DNA of 64,000 nucleotides, taken from NCBI GenBank assembly GCA_030141605.1, contig JAQGDQ010000775.1, forward strand, positions 1 to 64,000, read 5' to 3'. This document shows, piece by piece, positions 56,637 through 64,000 of this stretch (its first letter is position 1; each line of letters opens with the position of its first letter). Below the pieces are notes generated by a model. It had not been told where the DNA came from. It saw only the letters and a program-made list of their open reading frames with translations, and did no database searches. Made by a program: the position numbers and the translations under genes. The stretch comes from Tubiluchus corallicola (taxonomy: Eukaryota; Animalia; Priapulida).

Positions 56637-57299
56637 GTCGCAGATGCGAGCATTTAATTTACAGTTTATTATTAATTTTGATTAGTAGTTTTAAACTTTA
56701 GTTTTTCATTACCACTAAGTCAGTGCTGACATCTGTTTGCACACTTGGAAGTTTCAAATAAATGTATGTACTTGCTACTGCTACATGTTTGTACAGAACT
56801 GGGTCACTTCGCTTCTCTGTGAATGATGTAGCTTTTCACAAATGGTAGCAAGATTAGAGGACAAGCAATAGGCTTAAACGGTGGTTTGGTTATAATGACC
56901 CAGGTGTCTTGATATATTGGCTGATGGATTTACTTTAACCTTTGTTTACTGCTGTTGATTATGTTTACCATTTTTGTGTATATGTGGACTGACTATGAGA
57001 CTATGATTTTGAGTAAATTACAGATAGCAAAGTTAAACCATGTTTTCATCCAGTGATTTCATCTGTTTAACACAAACATTGCAACGACAAAAACAGTCTG
57101 ATAAACCTGCCAATGTCGTTCGTTAGTTCTCCCCAAAACACCCCAGCGACAACTTTAGCGTCACGACAGACACAGCCTTGTGAGATGGGGGTCTGTGCCA
57201 ACGTCCTGTCTCAACCAGTCTGTGAGAAACAGAAAAAAACGGCTAAAATTAATTCCATGGACACCAGGAATAGATTTATAAATTTCATGGTGTTCTGCG

Positions 57300-58340
57300 G
57301 AGGGAAATAACATTAAGAAAGTGTCGAATCTAGTCTTGGTCTGACTTTCTCATGTAATGCATTCTAGGGCACTTCTTGTACAATGATCAAAACAACGATT
57401 GAATACTCGAAAATTCGAAGCTATAGCAATTGGTTCATCGGGGCTCCACGAATGAAGCTTTTTGTTCATGTAGTCAGCTCTTCTCTTAAAAATTCGGTCT
57501 TTTAACCTTGGCAAGTCAGTCTCAGCATAACATAATTCATTAAGTGTTCGCACCCCCCCCCTTAAATAAAGCTTTCACAACCTTATTGTACCAAACTTCT
57601 GAACGTTTAAATTCACTCGTTAACCATGCTTCAACTCCATATAACAAGGCACTTGTTACGCAAGCCTTTGCAACTTTCTTTTTTAACAAAAAATGGCATG
57701 TTATAATTACAATCGATATTTTACCATTTGAAATTGTTTGAATTTGTTTCTAGCGTGGATTTTCGTAATGGAAGACGTTTTACCGTCGTCTGTGATAGGA
57801 GACCCTAATTACCAGTAAGACTATGTATAATTAACCTGCAAATTGTCACACCCAAAACTAGTTCTATCTTCATGCGCACCGTTTATAAATTCTGTTTTTG
57901 TTTGGTTAACTGACATACCGAATTCGTCGCAAAATTCTAACAGTAACTTAAATTACTATAGGATCAATACAGGATTCCCGAGACGTAGCAAGAATTGCTG
58001 TATCGTCCATGAACAGTAATGTGTGCAAAGTGTAAATAATGCCCTAGGGCCGAAAGAACTCATTCTTCTTACCAAAAAGTCTACGTAAAAACGAACAGAG
58101 AACAACTCATTGGGGCTCCTTGTTTGACTCCTGCAGAACCACCTGTTAACGCAGATTTGAACACTAATTTTGTACAACTATACATTGCACGGATCATAAG
58201 CAAGTACTTCTACCCACAACCTGCATTTTTTAATTGTTCTACTAACATTAACCTGGGCACTTTGTCATATGCTTGTTGGAAATCTACATACAGAAACCAC
58301 ATTTTGACTTTGCTCTATTTTGCATACTCGTTTAAAAGTC
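57300..58340 (-). mobile_element. Decayed LINE RT (MDD type)
   Basis: DFQQAYDKVPR, GVKQGAPMSCSLF and LFMDDT. Confidence 0.75.
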
Positions 58341-58764
58341 TAAGGTCTAATATATGATCAATTTTCTATGATTCTTCCACACGCAGGTCTGTTGACTGCA
58401 AAACTTCCTCTAGATTCACACGTTGCTTTAACCCTTATCATTGTGCTTCTGAGTGTAGATCAGCTCGTAGTTGTCTGTATTGCAGGAAACAAGGACATCA
58501 TCGTTCTTCGTGTTTATTTCGCTTTCCATCTGGTAAACATTGATGCTCTTGATACTGATACTTGCTACTTGCTACTAAGAAGATGATTTTTTGTCAAAAT
58601 AGGCGGGAGAGCAAAACAAATACTGAATTGAGTTTAATTCGATAAGTTAACTAAATTACAAAACTTTTAAAGCAAGACAGAATACAATAATAGTAAATAC
58701 AGTATTTCGCAAAATAACCAGGAACATGTTAATCATCAGTGGATGATAAACGGAAACCATTTAT

Positions 58765-59095
58765 TTTACCACGGTCCATTATAATGTAGAATCCAGTGCA
58801 ATAAGAATAATCACAAAGGGGAGGGCAGTGACGAGACGCAACGAGAGTTTATAATTCTTCACCATTCGTCATCAATTGAGAGTTCTTCTTTAGTGATAGC
58901 CTCGTTTAATCAATTTGCAGTAGCTGCAGCTCTTCGAAAACCATCTCACACACCATGGTCCATTATAGCGGAGCGGGATGGCAAAGACAAGACGTAACAA
59001 TAGTTCATAATTTATCACCATTCTCGTTTCAAGGGAGAGCTCTTCTTCAGTGATAGCCTTGTCCAATCCATGTGCGGTAGCTCCAGCTCGTTGTT
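58765..59095. repeat. Diverged tandem duplication, 2 units of about 150-170 bp
   Basis: CCA.GGTCCATTATA, ATAATT..TCACCATTC, GAGAG.TCTTCTT.AGTGATAGCCT and GTAGCT.CAGCTC each occur twice. Confidence 0.75.
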
Positions 59096-59149
59096 GTGGC
59101 TATTCTGAAAGAAAAGATTTGTTAGGAGTGAGTTCTTAAGAAGCACTGT

Positions 59150-60600
59150 TGATATCATTACTATCAACTAAGTCAAGTCTTTTATTGTGTTGAACCGGTC
59201 GATTTAGATAATTCTAACGGAAATAAGAACTATTTAATTTCCTGCCATCAGCTAATTGAACAGTGGCAGAACGAATTTGTCCATCAATAGATGGAGGTAA
59301 ATCAATAACTATTGCTAAACGTCACTATGAATGTGGTAAATTGTCATGCACAAGAACAACTTCATTAATACGGGGAAAAATGATTGCCTCCGTTTAGTGG
59401 CATGGCACTCCCGCCAAAACTGTAGATACTCAATTGACCAACGGTCCCAAAAACGTTGAAGAATTGCATGGCCCTTTTTTATATTAATCTTTATTAAGAT
59501 TTGCAGGCTCTCTTCAACATGTACATTCCAAATTAAGTCATCTGAGATATGGACACCTATTAGTTTGACTATATCAACACTTTCACCTTTAATAGTAATA
59601 TTTGTTTGGAAAAATTAAAATGCATTTCTCTAATTTTAGAGCTACAAAATTTCATATTGTTTAATTGGGCCCATTCCAGTGCTTGTGTTTTTGCAGTCTG
59701 CAATTTGGTGGGTTTACCAGATCCACAGATGTCAGGGAAAGATGTATCGTCAACATACTTGACATAATGTTACAAAATCATTTGACACAGCAATAAATAA
59801 CTTGGTAAAGCTCATAGTGCCTTTGGCGCACTACCATTTGGCAAAGTCTAACAAGAGAATTCCGCTTAAATGAGCCAATTTATCAGAGGTTTGATATAAA
59901 TGATGTAGCATTGGAACAAGAGGGTGATTTGTTTAGTTTCAGGTTAATGAGCCCAATAGGTTTTGCTTAACTTCAGGTCCGATGGTCACCCATAGCTTCC
60001 AGAACCTTACAAACCACTGGTGTTGAGGAAATTAGACCTAAATATTAAGTGATTTTGTTTGACTTAGGAATGGGTACTACTTCAACAGATTTGCAAAAAT
60101 GTGGTACGAAGCCGGTTCGCACGCTACTTTTAAACATTGCGCAAACTGTTTTACATATAATGGCAGCTAAATCAGATAAATTGCAGTTTGGAAGTTCATC
60201 CGTCCCAACAGAATCGTGTGGGTTCAGCTTTAATGATTTGTGTTCAACTTCATCAACAGTAATAGTATTGTTATCTGGTACGATACGAGGTGCATAATAT
60301 TTACAATTACTTCCAATTAGCTAAAAATGCTGACATACCGAAACAAAAATCTGGTTCACATCGTCAGCTGACTTACCAAGATTATCTTCATATCCATTCA
60401 ATGCTACATTTCCTGAACTGCTGCTGTAAGGTTTTAAATCAATAATTTGCTTAAAGTAAGTCCACCAGGATTATCACTATAAATCAGTAGCGTGACCATG
60501 ATTCAGCAAAAAACATCTTATGGACGTTCACACAATTTTGTCATTGTTCGCCCAGACTAGTTATCATCAAATTTCCGTGATTATTTGTAATATTCAAGCA
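59150..60600 (-). mobile_element. Decayed LINE RT (KYVDD type)
   Basis: VKYVDDT and ISSTPVVCKVLE on the minus strand. Confidence 0.65.
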
Positions 60601-60879
60601 GCATATACTGGACAGCATGTGTTTATTGCGTATCACTTCAGCTTTATTTGAACAGTTTAATAAAAATAGCTACAGAATAAAATAGTGCGACAACCCGGGT
60701 CTGAAAATTGGTGCACTGAAAATAATTATTATTATGAGTTCATTTCGTATAAAATGTACAGCTCACAGAGATAAAGATGTTAGTAAAACAGGTAATACAA
60801 TGTTTGTAAAGTGTCATATCTACAGACATTCAACTTTATAATAACCACACATTGTAGTTCCCTTGTAATTATATTACAT

Positions 60880-62270
60880 TATACAGTGTTGTAAGGAGCT
60901 ATAATAGATATCTTAAAACATAATCTTTAAATGAGTTTTTAACCTTTAATTTTACATTTTCGTTTAGATCTACAGTACAACCATATTTAAATCTTAAATT
61001 TACTTGACTGTTATTTACATAATAGCATAGCTTTGGAATTCTCAATGTGCAAGAGTTTACAATTTTCCTCACAAAGTTTAATTTTCGACTATCTATTAAA
61101 TAATTCGCAGGCATTGTGCCACAAAAACACATTAATAATTTGATGCTTTCATTTTTTATAAAACCGAATATAAGCAGTGTTCCATTTTACCTTAATGGCA
61201 TTAACTTCATTATTTGATATACCCCCAATTTCGCATCCGTATAATAAAATGGGTAGACAATATGTATTGATCAGAGTTTTAGTACCATGTCATTACGATA
61301 ATGGCGCATACTTGAGAGAATATTATTCACGGAACCAATAAATTTCCTTTTTACCTTGAAACATCAATAGAAAAACTATCACTTGTCAAAATATCGCAAC
61401 CCAAATACTTTCCAGATCAGCTGTTTACCGCAAAAACAGATTACGCCCTCCCCAGTAAAGCTTTTACCAAAATAAAGAAGCCATGTTTTGTTAGGATTAA
61501 ATGAGATACTCTGTTCTTTACCATATTTTCACAGATTTTAAGCATTTCACGTAAGTGTCTACATGACCCTGGCAACAAGGCAATGTCATCAGCATACATG
61601 ACAGTGCCTACAAAATTATCTGCCACATAACAACCGTAACGAGCTGAACGCAATTGACGTATAAGGTCGTCTGTATATACAGCATATAAAATCGGTGATA
61701 ATACACCTCCTTACTTGACAAAATTGGGTACTATACTGATCTTGCCATTTGACACAGCCTGTAAGTTTACTATACCAATTCATTAATACGTTAATAAATA
61801 TTTTGGGAACCAGTTTATCTAGCAGTTTTATAAACAACCCTCCATGCAGTACTCTATTAAAAGCTTTGGAGGCATCTAGAAATGCGACATATACAGGATT
61901 ATTCCTTGTGGGGAAAAATTACAGTTTCTTTTATGGTATATATGGCATGACTGCAACTTGATTCAACTTTAAAACCGAATTGTAATTCGTCACTTTCTAA
62001 GCAATCACCGAATTTTCGTCAGTAAAACAGATTCAAATAATTTTGAGATAGTGGGAGATAGAGTCACTGCACTATAATTATTGAAATCTGTTAGGTCGCC
62101 ATTGTTATCTTTAACAACAGGTACAATTATTCCTTTCCCAAAATCATTTGGCACATAACAGTGTATGTACATAAGATTAAACAGCATTGCTATGTACAGT
62201 GATAATACTCTAGGAGCGTGTATTAAATGTTCAGCATATATTTGATCATAGCCGCCCCTCAATGTTTCAA
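60880..62270 (-). mobile_element. Decayed LINE RT
   Basis: NNYSAVTLSPTISKLFE, FLDASKAF and MYADDIALL. Confidence 0.85.
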
Positions 62271-62612
62271 TGTACTTATCAAAGCACCATTTATCTGCGC
62301 CTTTACATTATAGAGTTGGCTTTTGCAGTTATTTGTTATTGCTAATGGATGTTCTCTAGAACGGCGCACATCACAAGATTTCCCAGAGAAGAAATTGGTG
62401 CAAAACCGAAAATGCGTACGATTTTGTTTGAAAGTAATAGGCACATGTCAAGTTAATGTCACCAACAATAATTTCACACTTTTGGTTAACAACTTTTTGT
62501 GAAAATTCAGGATTTTCCATACAGTTGACTTAATACTATAATGCTGCTCATATCACAAAGAGAATCTATTCAATCATAATTATCGTAGAAGAAGTTAAAG
62601 TCTGCTTACCAA

Positions 62613-63430
62613 ATGCAGTTCAACTTCACTCAAAGAGGTATTTTATCAGTTCAGGTTTTTGCACTTCGGCCGGCCAAAACTGCTTTAAAAAGGTGTTGCT
62701 TTTGTCTTCTTCGAAAAGTGATTTTTGGATTCGCAGCAGTTTGTTTACTAACATTATTAATCGCCTACAAAATAAATGTCTCAGTGAGAACAAGTTCATT
62801 ACTTTCGGTGAAAATTCAAAGCTTTTCACATCTAATGCACGTTCAGGGGATTTTCGGCAATATTTGTCATCATACACAGACGACTACAAAGCTAATTCAC
62901 ACACTGAGAGACTGGCGCTGATTGATAAAGTCTGCAAGAGAAAGAACATTTCTGCTGCAGTTGAGTCCAGTTTCAAATACATTATAGTTAATGATAAGTA
63001 CAAATTGCTGTATTGTCATATTCCAAAGATTGCTACAACTAGATGGTTGACAGCTTTGGAACAAAACCGAGAAATGAAAAGCATTCGTCCAATGGAAGCG
63101 CATCATAAACAAAACGAAAATCATCTTGGAAAATATTCTCAAGCAGAAAGAGAGTCCCGTTTGAGCAGTTATTTTAAGTTTCTCTTTGTGCGACATCCTT
63201 TGGATAGAATTGTCTCAGCGTTTTAAGATAAAGCTAATAAATCATCAAAAGTCTCTGATGCGCAAAGATACTTGAATGCAAGCAAGACTTATCGCAACAA
63301 AATCCAGTTTCAACAAGGACGAAGTGTTGACATGAAGAGATTCAATGAATTTATTTTGTTTTTGTTAGACAAATCTTCTCGTTCACCTAAAAACCAAAGA
63401 CATATAAATGAACATTGGGAACATTTCTTC
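62613..63430 (+). pseudogene. Intronless carbohydrate sulfotransferase (Sulfotransfer_2 / CHST8-14 type) pseudogene
   Basis: TM anchor in frame 62613, then a frameshift to LLYCHIPKIATTRW and KFLFVRHPLDRIVSAF*DK (premature TAA), FNEFILFL and NEHW; 3'-truncated. Confidence 0.88.
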
Positions 63431-63623
63431 ACGCATCACGTTCTTTCACTTGCTTGATAGTGACTTTCGGAATTATTGAATTTACAACTAACGAGAGCGC
63501 ATGCAGAATTTCTGGAGACTGTAGCGTTTCCTTGACTTTTGAGTTCATTTCTAAGTTATTAATTTCATTGACAATTTGTTCATCATCTATAATAGGCTTG
63601 TCTTCTTCAGCAGACGACATCAT
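63429..63623 (-). mobile_element. Short ORF, possibly the 5' part of a retroelement that truncates the sulfotransferase
   Basis: Abuts the CHST truncation point in the opposite orientation; no diagnostic motif. Confidence 0.3.
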
Positions 63624-64000
63624 TCAGACTAGTATGCGTTATTCCTTGTATTAAATCACTTATTCCAGCAACATCATAGACATAGTTAATCATAGAATAT
63701 CATTTTAGCGATTACTTCTAGTTGCCATAATAAAACCCAGAAACGTTTAGTGCATATTTCCTGCACATTTAAATTTACTGTATTTTACTGTACGATATAG
63801 TATACAGTTTGAGTTTAGAGAACAGCCTGAAACACGTGCGTTCGTCTCGGTTGCTGAACCCCTGAGCTAGCAAAGTTACTCATGATAATTTAATTTAAGA
63901 TATATTAATTTTCTAAGGTTGTAACAGTTACCATTAGTATATAATTAAGCATTCAAAATTAGAAAAAAACATAAACATTATCGCTCTATGTCCTTTGGAC

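Overview
AT-rich, repeat-dense genomic DNA from an animal, probably a non-insect invertebrate (GT-AG introns, microsatellites, TTAGGG-type repeats). All analysis was by eye and manual translation, and repeat boundaries are approximate. The one apparently intact host gene is a six-exon WSC-domain sulfotransferase (WSCD family; minus strand, 34695-52943, about 401 aa), reconstructed with consistent exon phases. An intronless carbohydrate-sulfotransferase pseudogene lies at 62.6-63.4 kb. Most of the rest is mobile DNA: a young RTE-clade LINE, many decayed LINEs, a piggyBac fragment, unclassified repeats and three Maverick/Polinton remnants. One remnant is a 4,009-bp internally deleted element with AGTAG terminal inverted repeats, a degenerate 6-bp TSD and a paralogous empty site in the same window. 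The most interesting signal is that two diverged Maverick copies both carry, divergently upstream of the packaging ATPase, a spliced gene with the same phase-0 intron that encodes tandem PC4-like (ssDNA-binding) repeats. A divergent TBP-fold pseudogene fragment is also present. The 9-kb palindrome at the window start contains Oxford Nanopore adapter sequence beside an N-gap and is at least partly an assembly artefact.
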